A stretch of 64,000 bases of DNA from the NCBI GenBank assembly GCA_043718495.1, contig JAYSVM010000183.1, forward strand, positions 1,356 to 65,355. The letters run 5' to 3'. Under the pieces are notes generated by a model. That model made no database searches. It was given only the letters and a program-made list of their open reading frames with translations, and was not told the DNA's origin. The DNA comes from Oscillatoriales bacterium (GTDB taxonomy: Bacteria > Cyanobacteriota > Cyanobacteriia > Cyanobacteriales > Microcoleaceae). The translations under genes and the position numbers were made by a program. Shown piece by piece: positions 56,068 to 64,000 of this stretch. Positions within the stretch are counted from its first letter, which is position 1. The number at the start of each line of letters is the position of its first letter.

Positions 56068-56652
56068 CTATTCAACAAACTCAATATTTTCATACAAATC
56101 TGACAGCAAAATTTCTACTGAAACAGAGGTTAACATTAGCCGATCGCCCGCACAGCTATATTCCGAAAAAATCCACTTATTCGCATCAGTTTTCGAGTAT
56201 TGCTCAACCCGTAACCGATATTGGTCGATCAATAAATACTCCTGAAAACTCGGAATACTGCGATAAGCGGCAAACTTGTCATCGCGATCGTAAGCTCTAG
56301 TACCCTTAGATAGCACCTCAGCAATCAGCAGAGGATTGGTAATTGTATCAGTGCGTCCAGATTGGAGTTCAATCGGTTTCGCTACCACCATCAAATCCGG
56401 GTAAGTGTAATTATTAAGCTGGGGAACCCAAAGCCGCTGATCCGAACTAAAAGTCCGATATGGCTTCCCTTTTAACGCCAGTTTCAGCGCCCCACCTAAA
56501 TTAAGGGCAATTTCATTGTGATCCGGTGTGCCGCCAGCCATCAGAATAATCTCCCCATTGATAAATTCATGTCGATCCAGAGAATTGACTTCCAATTCTA
56601 GATATTCCTGGGCCGTGTAGGTTTTGGTTTCAACTTGCGCGATCATATACAA
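56068..56652 (-). CDS. Uma2-family (DUF820) putative endonuclease
   Basis: YTAQEYLELE...HEFINGEIILMAGGTPDHNEI..., YPDLMVV and the PD-(D/E)xK-like core typical of the abundant cyanobacterial Uma2 family. Confidence 0.8.
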   Translation of the reverse strand: MYMIAQVETKTYTAQEYLELEVNSLDRHEFINGEIILMAGGTPDHNEIALNLGGALKLALKGKPYRTFSSDQRLWVPQLNNYTYPDLMVVAKPIELQSGRTDTITNPLLIAEVLSKGTRAYDRDDKFAAYRSIPSFQEYLLIDQYRLRVEQYSKTDANKWIFSEYSCAGDRLMLTSVSVEILLSDLYENIEFVE

Positions 56653-56735
56653 GGCTCTCCTTTAATCTACTGATTTTATTGTATATTAAAAATTATACTA
56701 ATTCAACCTATAAATCCTCTTCTATTATAGCCATC

Positions 56736-56887
56736 CTGTAGGGGCGGGTTCGCCAACAGATTTAAAGGGTGCAGACAAGTTAAATAAACCCGCCCCCACC
56801 CCACAAATAAGCATAATAAACAGGCCGGGGCGGGTTTATGAGATTGTCGGTTTTTGGCAAATATTGTTTGTGAACCCGCCCCTACAG
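56736..56887. repeat. Two head-to-head copies of the GGGGCGGGTT MITE-like element
   Basis: 56736-56803 and 56826-56887 are in inverted orientation. They sit between the Uma2 and SBP genes. Confidence 0.8.
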
Positions 56888-56898
56888 TCGGAACAAAT

Positions 56899-58287
56899 TT
56901 ACCGCAACAGAGAAAAGTTATAACCACTTTTTCCTACTGCTTTAATCTGCACTAAAATCGGCTTACCCGCCCGATCGCCTGTTGGCAAAAATCTCACATC
57001 CTCACTGGCTCCTGATGCCGAGAAATTCGGACTTTTCAGTGCTTGTTGCAACCCTTCCCGCGTATTACTTTGCTGCAATCCCGCTATGATAGCTTGAGTC
57101 GCATCATAGCTCGTTGCGGTGCGCCAATTTACGACTCCTCCCCAACGCTGGCGAGCATTTTTAGGAAATGGATTGTTGGAATTAGTATCAGGATGCCAGG
57201 GAACAGGCAAAACAAGCCCGTCAACGTCCTTTTGCCCATCTTTTAACGTTTGAGAGGTGTAAAGAGTTGAACTGCTGTAGAGCGCTAATTTGCCTTGATT
57301 GGCACGGGCTAGATCGATCGCGCGATCGATGCGATCGATATGGGATGCGATCATCAATCCTTGTGCACCTTGACTGACTGCATCCGCGATCGCACTATTG
57401 GGATTAAATGTTGGCGCTGAAAAGTCGCAGACAATAGGAATTAATCTGCCACCTGATGCGGAAAGAGAGGCAATGAATTCATCCCTCAATGAAGCATTGC
57501 CAGCAGCTTGAGAGTCGTAGCAAAAGGCAATATTAGTTTTGCGGACTTGTTTAACAATATACTCTGCTAAAGGAGCAGTCATCGATCGAGTATTTGGCAC
57601 AGTCCGAAAGATATAACTACCAAAACCTGACAAATTATTCGCACCGCTGGTAGGTGTGATCATCACCAGTCCTTTGTCCTGATAAATTGGTGCGGCTGCT
57701 AGAGAAGCCGTGCTGTCATTGTGTCCGATTACCGCGAGAATCTTCGGGTCATTTGTTAGTGCTGTGGCAACTTCTTTAGCAACTTCTGCAAGGTTGTTGT
57801 CATTGACAATTTCAACTTCCAAACCTGCACCCTTAATTCCTCCCGTAGAGTTGATTTCATCTTGAGCTTGAGCCACGCCTCGGAGGATTTCTTGGGCGAT
57901 ATTGGGGTTACTGCCACTGGGCACGCTGACGGCAATTGTCACAGAAGTGCGATCGCCTTCTTTGGCATTATTCAACGCATTATTCAAATAGATTAGCGTT
58001 TCTGGATCGTTGCGATTTTTTTGCAATGAAGCCTGAAATTTTTGGACAGCTTCTTTGTAATCTCCTTTAGCAAAAGCTGCTACGCCTGCTTGCTTGTCGG
58101 CTGTGGTTTGGGATGTCAGCAATATCTGATTTCCTAAACTGATGCGACTTGCCATTGCTTCGGAAATTGAACTTTTACCCTTCAATAAACCGGGGACAAA
58201 TTGGTATGCGCCAAATGCAATCAAGCCGGAGATGACAATAAAAAAAATGGGAGGTGGACTTTTGGTTTTGTTAGTATTTTGAGACAT
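56899..58287 (-). CDS. Membrane-anchored LivJ/Peripla_BP_6-type substrate-binding protein with an N-terminal TPR-like motif (paralogue 1)
   Basis: TM anchor PPIFFIVISGLIAFGAY, GDYKEAVQKFQASLQKNRNDPETLIYLNNA, then a type I periplasmic binding fold (IAVSVP.GSNPN...VIGHN.S). Confidence 0.75.
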   Translation of the reverse strand: MSQNTNKTKSPPPIFFIVISGLIAFGAYQFVPGLLKGKSSISEAMASRISLGNQILLTSQTTADKQAGVAAFAKGDYKEAVQKFQASLQKNRNDPETLIYLNNALNNAKEGDRTSVTIAVSVPSGSNPNIAQEILRGVAQAQDEINSTGGIKGAGLEVEIVNDNNLAEVAKEVATALTNDPKILAVIGHNDSTASLAAAPIYQDKGLVMITPTSGANNLSGFGSYIFRTVPNTRSMTAPLAEYIVKQVRKTNIAFCYDSQAAGNASLRDEFIASLSASGGRLIPIVCDFSAPTFNPNSAIADAVSQGAQGLMIASHIDRIDRAIDLARANQGKLALYSSSTLYTSQTLKDGQKDVDGLVLPVPWHPDTNSNNPFPKNARQRWGGVVNWRTATSYDATQAIIAGLQQSNTREGLQQALKSPNFSASGASEDVRFLPTGDRAGKPILVQIKAVGKSGYNFSLLR

Positions 58288-58371
58288 AATTTGTGACCAT
58301 TTAGTTTATAGGTTAAGAAATTTGGTATGATATTAAATGTGGTTGTACCGGAATTATTAGCGGCCGAAATT

Positions 58372-58436
58372 AGGAGACGGCACTGCCGTGTCCCTACCGA
58401 AAATAATATTGTAGGGACACGGCACTGCCGTCTCCT
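58372..58436. repeat. 26-bp-arm hairpin AGGAGACGGCACTGCCGTGTCCCTAC ... GTAGGGACACGGCACTGCCGTCTCCT
   Basis: Direct reading. It lies in the spacer between the SBP paralogues. Confidence 0.85.
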
Positions 58437-58477
58437 CTATATCATTCCGGTGCAACCCGAATTGATATCATTCTTAG

Positions 58478-58505
58478 AAACAGGCAAGATGCCTGTTCCA
58501 CAAAG
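58478..58505. repeat. GGCAAGATGCC-family element (AAACAGGCAAGATGCCTGTTCCACAAAG)
   Basis: Identical core to 19749-19771 and 42958-42985. Confidence 0.8.
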
Positions 58506-58520
58506 AACGAATTCGATCGC

Positions 58521-59936
58521 TTACCGCAACGGTACAAAGTTATAGCCAGAGCTTCCTCCGAGTTTAACTTGCACTAAAATAGGCTTACCCGCCCGATCGC
58601 CCGTTGGCAAAAACTTCACATCCTCACTAGCCCCTGGTGTCGTAAAACTGGTACTTTTCAGTGCTTGTTGCAACCCTTCCCGCGTATTACTTTGCTTCAA
58701 TCCCGCGATCACAGCTTGAGTCGCATCAAAACTGGTTGCGGTGCGCCAATTTACCACTCCTCCCCACAACTGAGTAGCATTCTTGGGGAAAGTGTTACCG
58801 GGATTAGTTTCAGGATGCCAGGGAACGGGCAAAACAAGCCCGTCAACGCTCTTTTGTCCATCTTTTAACGTTTGAAAGGTGTACATTGTCGTGCTGCCGT
58901 AGAGTGGCAATTTGCCTTGATTGGTGCGAGCTAGAAAAATTGCGCGATCGATGCGATCGATGTGAGGTGCTAACATCAATCCTTGTGCGCCTTTACTGAC
59001 TGCGTCGGCGATCGCACTGTCGGGATTAAAAGAAGGGACTGAAAAGTCGCAAACAGTCGGAACTAATTTGCCTCCAGCAGCAGTTAGAGCAGCCACAAAT
59101 TCATCTTTAAATGATATGTTATCGGGTGCTTTCGAGTCATAGCAAATAGCAATATTGGTTTTGCCTGTTTTGACTGCATATTCTGCTAAGGGAGCCGCCA
59201 TGATGCTAATATTGGGAACAGTCCGAAAGATGTAACTGCCAAATCCAGAGAGATTATTGGCAAAGCTTGTCGGTGTCACCATTACCAGTTTTTCTTGCTG
59301 ATAAATCGGTGCAGCTTCGAGAGATGCGTTGCTAGCATTGTGTCCAATTACTCCTAGTATAGTTGGATCTTTTGTCAATGTGTTTGCAACTTCTTTGACA
59401 ACCCCTGGATCGTTGTCATCATTGATGATTTGTACTTGCAGTTTTGCGCCATTGATGCCACCGCTTTTATTGACTTCAGATTGAGCTTGAGCGACACCTC
59501 GGAGGATTTCTTGGGCGACATTGGGGTTGCTACCAATGGGAACGCTGACAGCAATTTTCAAGGAAGAACCACTGCTAGCTGTGGCATTATTCAAATAAAT
59601 AACGGTTTCTGGATCGTTGCGATTTTTTTGCAGCGAAGCCTGAAAACTTTGAATCGCAGCAGAGTAATCTCCTTTACCAAAAGCATCAACGCCTGCTTGT
59701 TTGTCTGGTGTGGTTGGGGATGTCATCAATAGCTGATTTCCTAAACTGATGCGTGTTGCGATCGCACCCGATGGACTCGCACCCGATGTAGATGGAGATC
59801 CAGGTGTAGAAGTAGATGTATCTGAACTTTTGGATGCGAATAAAGTTGGAAGGAACTTGTATGCGCCAAATCCAACTAAGAAAAAGGCAATAATAAAAAA
59901 GATGGGTGGCGGGCTTTTTTTGTTATCTTGGGACAT
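58521..59936 (-). CDS. Membrane-anchored LivJ/Peripla_BP_6-type substrate-binding protein (paralogue 2)
   Basis: Collinear with paralogue 1 and near-identical at the C-terminus (VVNWRTATS.DATQA.IAGL.QSNTREGLQQALKS...FLPTGDRAGKPILVQ). Confidence 0.75.
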   Translation of the reverse strand: MSQDNKKSPPPIFFIIAFFLVGFGAYKFLPTLFASKSSDTSTSTPGSPSTSGASPSGAIATRISLGNQLLMTSPTTPDKQAGVDAFGKGDYSAAIQSFQASLQKNRNDPETVIYLNNATASSGSSLKIAVSVPIGSNPNVAQEILRGVAQAQSEVNKSGGINGAKLQVQIINDDNDPGVVKEVANTLTKDPTILGVIGHNASNASLEAAPIYQQEKLVMVTPTSFANNLSGFGSYIFRTVPNISIMAAPLAEYAVKTGKTNIAICYDSKAPDNISFKDEFVAALTAAGGKLVPTVCDFSVPSFNPDSAIADAVSKGAQGLMLAPHIDRIDRAIFLARTNQGKLPLYGSTTMYTFQTLKDGQKSVDGLVLPVPWHPETNPGNTFPKNATQLWGGVVNWRTATSFDATQAVIAGLKQSNTREGLQQALKSTSFTTPGASEDVKFLPTGDRAGKPILVQVKLGGSSGYNFVPLR

Positions 59937-60005
59937 AGTTTTTCTCCTTATATGATTTCTGTTGAAAAGTTGTTAGCTACAATCAGTATTCAAGAGATTT
60001 CGGTT

Positions 60006-60053
60006 AAAGTCAATTCATTAAATTCACTAATTAAACTCATAAAAGTCATATTT
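60006..60053 (-). promoter_or_regulatory. Conserved upstream element, copy A (AAAGTCAATTCATTAAATTCACTAATT ... TCATAAAAGTCATATTT)
   Basis: 24/27 identical to 61679-61705, with an exact 14-mer match to 63986-63999. It lies 70-117 nt upstream of the SBP paralogue 2 start. Confidence 0.5.
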
Positions 60054-60058
60054 GGATG

Positions 60059-60090
60059 TTTGGGGCGGGCAAGATGCCTGCCCCACAAGG
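60059..60090. repeat. GGCAAGATGCC-family element (TTGGGGCGGGCAAGATGCCTGCCCCACAAGG)
   Basis: Direct reading. Confidence 0.8.
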
Positions 60091-60208
60091 GTTTCAGCAA
60101 AATTGGCTGTAAAATTTAGATGCGGAACAATCTGAACCTCAATTTCTGAAACAGTTAGTAGTTGCTATGTCTGGTTGAAAATGAGTGTTACCAGACATAC
60201 TAAACAGT

Positions 60209-60604
60209 TCAATGAATTTCCAATATATTCGGATATTGGGAAAAGAAAGGGATGCGAGTACCGGCAGTTTTGATCCGCACTTTTTTGCCAGATTGTTTTG
60301 CTAGAATAAGCTGGCTTTGAACGTCAGAACTGTTGAATTTGAACCACCAAAGCGTGTCTGAATTCATAAACACGCCGGAGTTGGTGTGAACTAGCCGGAG
60401 TTCCTCGGACTCGCCCGATCGCCGACTTTCTAAATCAATCACTTGAACCTCTTGTTCTTGCACGTTGGTGTAGCTTAACACTGCCCCAGGAAGGCCGAAG
60501 ACAACTAAGGGTGCAAACCACATTAATAATGACTGGTAAAAAAAACAATTAAACCGAGGATTTGCTCTAGCATTACTGCGTTCATAAGAATTATTTCGGC
60601 TCAT
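60209..60604 (-). CDS. Small membrane-anchored hypothetical protein (131 aa)
   Basis: One TM helix (LLMWFAPLVVFGLPGAVL), then a beta-rich domain. The tail TAGTRIPFFSQYPNILEI is faintly DUF1523-like, but I cannot confirm this. Confidence 0.5.
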   Translation of the reverse strand: MSRNNSYERSNARANPRFNCFFYQSLLMWFAPLVVFGLPGAVLSYTNVQEQEVQVIDLESRRSGESEELRLVHTNSGVFMNSDTLWWFKFNSSDVQSQLILAKQSGKKVRIKTAGTRIPFFSQYPNILEIH

Positions 60605-60707
60605 AAAATGCCCTCATAAATTCAAAATGGGATTTGATTGTATAACAAACTTTGATGTTTGCTGTCGGTGGATGATAGTTTGAGATCTTAGGTGCAGCAG
60701 ATCACGC

Positions 60708-61535
60708 CTAACGTCTTTGAAGTTGTTCTAACTTCAAGACATTTTTAATTCGCGCCTGTGTGGAAGGGTGAGTAGAAAATAGACTGCTATACCAATCTCC
60801 ACCAGAAAAGTTGATAATTAACAGCGGTGCAAAAGCGGGATTGCTTTGAATTGGTATTTGTCGAGCGTTGCTTTCTAAGCGTTGCAAAGCATTAGCTACA
60901 GCGCGCGGGTTTCCAGTTAATTTTGCTGCACTTGTATCAGCAGAAAATTCCCGCGTGCGTGAAATTGCCAACTGAATTACAGTAGCGGCAATGGAAGCGA
61001 AGATGGCAGTTAAAATCAATCCGAGAGGATTGCGATTGCTACGGCCTCCTCCCACTATCGCTAACAGCGAAATCGCACCTGCAACCGTAGCTGCTACCGC
61101 TTGCGTCAGGGTGTCGCGGTTCTGGATGTGGCTGAGTTCGTGCGCGATCACTGCTTCGAGTTCGTCGTCTGATAGCAGATTCAGAATGCCTTCAGTAAAA
61201 GCGATCGCTGCGTGTTCCGGGTCGCGACCAGTTGCAAAAGCATTAGCAGCCGGAGTAGGGATGGTGTAAACTGCTGGCACGGGCAAACCGGCGCGTTGGC
61301 AAAGTCTTTCCACCATGCTGTAAAGTTTCGGCAATTGAGTTGCAGTTACAGGTCGAGCGCCGTAAGCCGCTAGTGCACATTTATCAGAGTAATACCAAGC
61401 ACTGAAATTCATTGCAGTTGCAAAGACAATACCTATAATCGCACCACTTGTACCGCCCATTGCTGCATAGCTAATGGTAATTAACAGACCGTTCAGCAGA
61501 CCTAACAAAGCAACTGTTTTAATTTGATTCAGCAT
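60708..61535 (-). CDS. htpX: Zinc metalloprotease HtpX (M48 family)
   Basis: HELSHIQNRD zincin motif, four TM segments and REFSAD downstream. Confidence 0.85.
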   Translation of the reverse strand: MLNQIKTVALLGLLNGLLITISYAAMGGTSGAIIGIVFATAMNFSAWYYSDKCALAAYGARPVTATQLPKLYSMVERLCQRAGLPVPAVYTIPTPAANAFATGRDPEHAAIAFTEGILNLLSDDELEAVIAHELSHIQNRDTLTQAVAATVAGAISLLAIVGGGRSNRNPLGLILTAIFASIAATVIQLAISRTREFSADTSAAKLTGNPRAVANALQRLESNARQIPIQSNPAFAPLLIINFSGGDWYSSLFSTHPSTQARIKNVLKLEQLQRR

Positions 61536-61678
61536 CTTCGATAGCTCCTAAATTTTCTACTTTTTTTACTCCCGAAATACCCGCTCTCTCCGAATTAAAG
61601 CTTGTTGGACATCGGTTTCATGATTTTATATTTACTCAATTTCAAGTGAATACTATTAACATACTCAAACAAGCGGTG

Positions 61679-61750
61679 AAAGTCAATTCATATAATTCAT
61701 TAATTTATTTCATAAAAGTCATGATGTTCGATTTCATAAAAGTCATATTT
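61679..61750 (-). promoter_or_regulatory. Conserved upstream element, copy B (AAAGTCAATTCATATAATTCATTAATT, 2 x TCATAAAAGTCAT)
   Basis: It lies 144-215 nt upstream of the htpX ATG. Confidence 0.5.
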
Positions 61751-61811
61751 TGAAAATACAAAAAGCTTTCAGAGAGGACAGTCGTCCTCTCTACAAATTG
61801 CACCACTCAAC

Positions 61812-63917
61812 TCAAATATCTAAGAATTCACCAAAGACCGAATCAATATCAGTTTCAGCAACAGCCACAGACTGAGCAACTGGTGAATGATTAGGAGACT
61901 CCACCGCCTCCACCGAATGCACTTTTACTACTGGTGATTTGACCCCATTTTCAACAACAACAGACTCAGATTTCTTGACATTAATTACAGGTGAATGTGC
62001 TCCATTCTCTCCATTTTTACTGGTTTCATTCCGCAGCAACATTGCCATCAAACCGTCCAACAAACCCCCACTACCGCCGTTACCATTCACCGTGACATCG
62101 GGAACAACGCGAACACTACCATCCGAAACCGCTTGCATCAATTGCAGCAGCGTGTAACTCTGCGTACCCAAAGCGTTGACACCAACTTGATAAGCATCCG
62201 CTTTTGCTTGTCCCATCAGCCGAATTCCTTCTGCTTCACCGCTTGCGTGTTCGATCGCGGCTGTTGCACTCAATTGAGCAATTTTCACCCCTTGTTCCGC
62301 CGCCACCACCTGATTTTGAATATTAGCGATCGCAGTTGCGCGCACCAATTCCTGACGCTGAGACTCTGAAATTCGCTGTACTTCGTAGGTTTTTTCCTGT
62401 TCCTGAGCAATTTTGCGATCGGTCAATGTTTGCATCAACTCTGCTGGCGGCACAATCAAACCGATCAGCGTGTCCACAGCCTGCACATCATAAGCACGTA
62501 AGGCTTGACGAACGTGTTCTGCGGCCTCTGCTTGGCGTTCGCTGCGTGCGATCAAAAAGTCGAGGATCGTATATTCTTGAGCCGAATTCCGAAAGTAATT
62601 GCCCACAATTGGACGCAACACTTGGTCGATCAGATTTTGCATCGAACCTTGCCGCGAAATGACTCTCGGTGCATCCAAAGTACCGACATGAATGATTTGA
62701 AAAATTTCTAACTCAAAGGTAAATCCGTCAAAAGAAAGCAATTGCAGAGCTCTTAATTTCGAGTCGTAGCCGTGTTCTCCACTGAACCGCGTTGTGAAGT
62801 TTAAAACAACATCGGTAGTGGGAACAAGTTCCACTTTCATCACTTTTGTATTGATCGGATGTTTGCCGGGATACAGCGGTTCAACCCACACACCTTTATC
62901 ACCTTTGTTGACGAGATTTCCGTGGGTAAAAGCCCCACCGCTTACATCTTGGTGCGATCGCCCTACATAGGAAATGACGACGCCTACATAGCCGATCGGC
63001 ACTTCGGTCATTTCTACCTGTTCAACTTGCACAAACCAGGGATTGAGGTTCCAAGAACCGGATAAAATTACCTGTTCTTGCAAGCCCCTGCGCCCGCCAC
63101 CCTTGATGAAGGATTGCGCTTTTTGGAAGTTGTCGTGACCGGGAATAATCGGCCCAGCGATTTCACCTTCATCAATCGGAATCCCGTCTAGCACGTTGGC
63201 AATTCCCACGCGATCAGGATCAAGTTTGTATAGTTGAAGTTCCGACGGATCCATACCTTTTGCAGCGGCATTAGCTGAAGTAATTACCTCAAATACAGCG
63301 GTATTAATCCGATAAGTACCAGTGGTGATGATGGCGAGTTGCCGTCCTTTTTCGCCGCCGTCGGTGAGAAATTTGCGGGCATTTTGGTAGTTGTCGCAAT
63401 CGACGACTTTGCCTAAAATGCGATCGGAAGGAATAGTCGCTCCATCATTAGCAATAATTAACCCAATTTCATCTTGAGGAACTACCACAACTGGTTCTCT
63501 GCGAACGCTATATTGCCAGGGAAAGTAACCAAAATGCCAGCCGGGAGGAAGGGTATCTGCTTGCAAACCTCCTTCACCATCGAGTGCGATCAATCTACTG
63601 GATGGCAAGTTTTTGCTGGAGAACTTCTTGACAACAATTCCGACTTCTCGTTCGCCGATCGCAATTAATCCCAAAGTCCAACCAATTTTGGGTATAAAGA
63701 TGAACACAAGGAACATTGCGCCTACGGGATAGATCCAAATCGGGATGCTGAAGCCTTCTTCTGACGCTGGTTCCACTTGCTGAGGTTGCGGAGGTGGCGG
63801 ATTGGTTTGTGCGGGAGTTGGTGGGGAAAAAGTGCCTGCTAGTGCGATCGTAGTTGCGAAAGATGCTGCTAAGGGTAAAAGTTTGCGAAGCCAACGTGAT
63901 TTAGTCATAGTTTTCAA
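61812..63917 (-). CDS. Flotillin-like SPFH/band-7 domain protein (701 aa)
   Basis: Signal/TM region, an SPFH-like region (GEREVGIVVKKF...), a long Ala/Glu/Gln helical flotillin-type segment (QEQEKTYEVQRISESQRQELVRATAIANIQNQVVAAEQGVKIAQL) and a C-terminal tail. Confidence 0.8.
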   Translation of the reverse strand: MKTMTKSRWLRKLLPLAASFATTIALAGTFSPPTPAQTNPPPPQPQQVEPASEEGFSIPIWIYPVGAMFLVFIFIPKIGWTLGLIAIGEREVGIVVKKFSSKNLPSSRLIALDGEGGLQADTLPPGWHFGYFPWQYSVRREPVVVVPQDEIGLIIANDGATIPSDRILGKVVDCDNYQNARKFLTDGGEKGRQLAIITTGTYRINTAVFEVITSANAAAKGMDPSELQLYKLDPDRVGIANVLDGIPIDEGEIAGPIIPGHDNFQKAQSFIKGGGRRGLQEQVILSGSWNLNPWFVQVEQVEMTEVPIGYVGVVISYVGRSHQDVSGGAFTHGNLVNKGDKGVWVEPLYPGKHPINTKVMKVELVPTTDVVLNFTTRFSGEHGYDSKLRALQLLSFDGFTFELEIFQIIHVGTLDAPRVISRQGSMQNLIDQVLRPIVGNYFRNSAQEYTILDFLIARSERQAEAAEHVRQALRAYDVQAVDTLIGLIVPPAELMQTLTDRKIAQEQEKTYEVQRISESQRQELVRATAIANIQNQVVAAEQGVKIAQLSATAAIEHASGEAEGIRLMGQAKADAYQVGVNALGTQSYTLLQLMQAVSDGSVRVVPDVTVNGNGGSGGLLDGLMAMLLRNETSKNGENGAHSPVINVKKSESVVVENGVKSPVVKVHSVEAVESPNHSPVAQSVAVAETDIDSVFGEFLDI

Positions 63918-63953
63918 TCTGCTTAAAGCTCAAATGTACGGGAAATTTGTTTA

Positions 63954-64000
63954 CTACAATCAGTATTCAATAGATTTCTTTTGAGGTCAATTCATTAAAG
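63954..64000 (-). promoter_or_regulatory. Conserved upstream element, copy C (cut by the window end)
   Basis: CTACAATCAGTATTCAATAGATTTC is 24/25 identical to 59977-60001. GTCAATTCATTAAA is identical to 60009-60022. Confidence 0.5.

Overview
This window is chromosomal DNA from a filamentous, Oscillatoriales-type cyanobacterium. The evidence is very dense HIP1 (GCGATCGC) palindromes, STRR-like heptamer arrays, and the genes chlI, glgC and a hetP-like gene. Housekeeping genes are dapB (partial), chlI, ruvC, hisC, a ROK glucokinase, a GH13 amylase plus glgC, a dnaJ-like gene, recQ, a tsaC/Sua5-like gene, larC, an mntCAB-like metal ABC importer, htpX and a flotillin-like SPFH gene. These are interleaved with accessory content. 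(1) At about 30.4-40.2 kb there is a peptide-export island. It holds a cNMP-domain/C39-peptidase ABC exporter, a long HlyD adaptor, a HetP-like protein, two Cys-free double-glycine-leader precursor peptides, an RTX-repeat protein, a parvulin-type PPIase and a 58-aa poly-Ser ORF that the ORF track missed. I consider this the most interesting system in the window. (2) A 2842-aa mosaic protein lies at 7267-15795. It has PPC-like domains, a mucin-like Thr/Pro array, DUF4114-like, pseudo-subtilase, leishmanolysin-like HExxH and LysM segments, a coiled coil, and an unassignable C-terminal module of about 790 aa. It has no obvious signal peptide. (3) Two small toxin-antitoxin/cassette islets lie at 3.2-5.9 kb and 45.2-48.7 kb. 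Their genes are separated by HIP1-centred boundary repeats. They include an in-frame-TAA-interrupted TumE-like gene and a truncated xisI. (4) A RAYT (REP-associated tyrosine transposase) is flanked by REPIN arrays of 102-nt period. (5) An HTH/NB-ARC STAND NTPase without a sensor domain sits next to a leaderless M15 peptidoglycan peptidase. (6) Short repeat elements are inserted in frame into chlI, an ECF sigma gene, hisC and larC. (7) A conserved upstream element is shared by three consecutive envelope genes: a substrate-binding protein, htpX and the flotillin-like gene. All functional calls come from reading motifs in the supplied translations. No database search was run.
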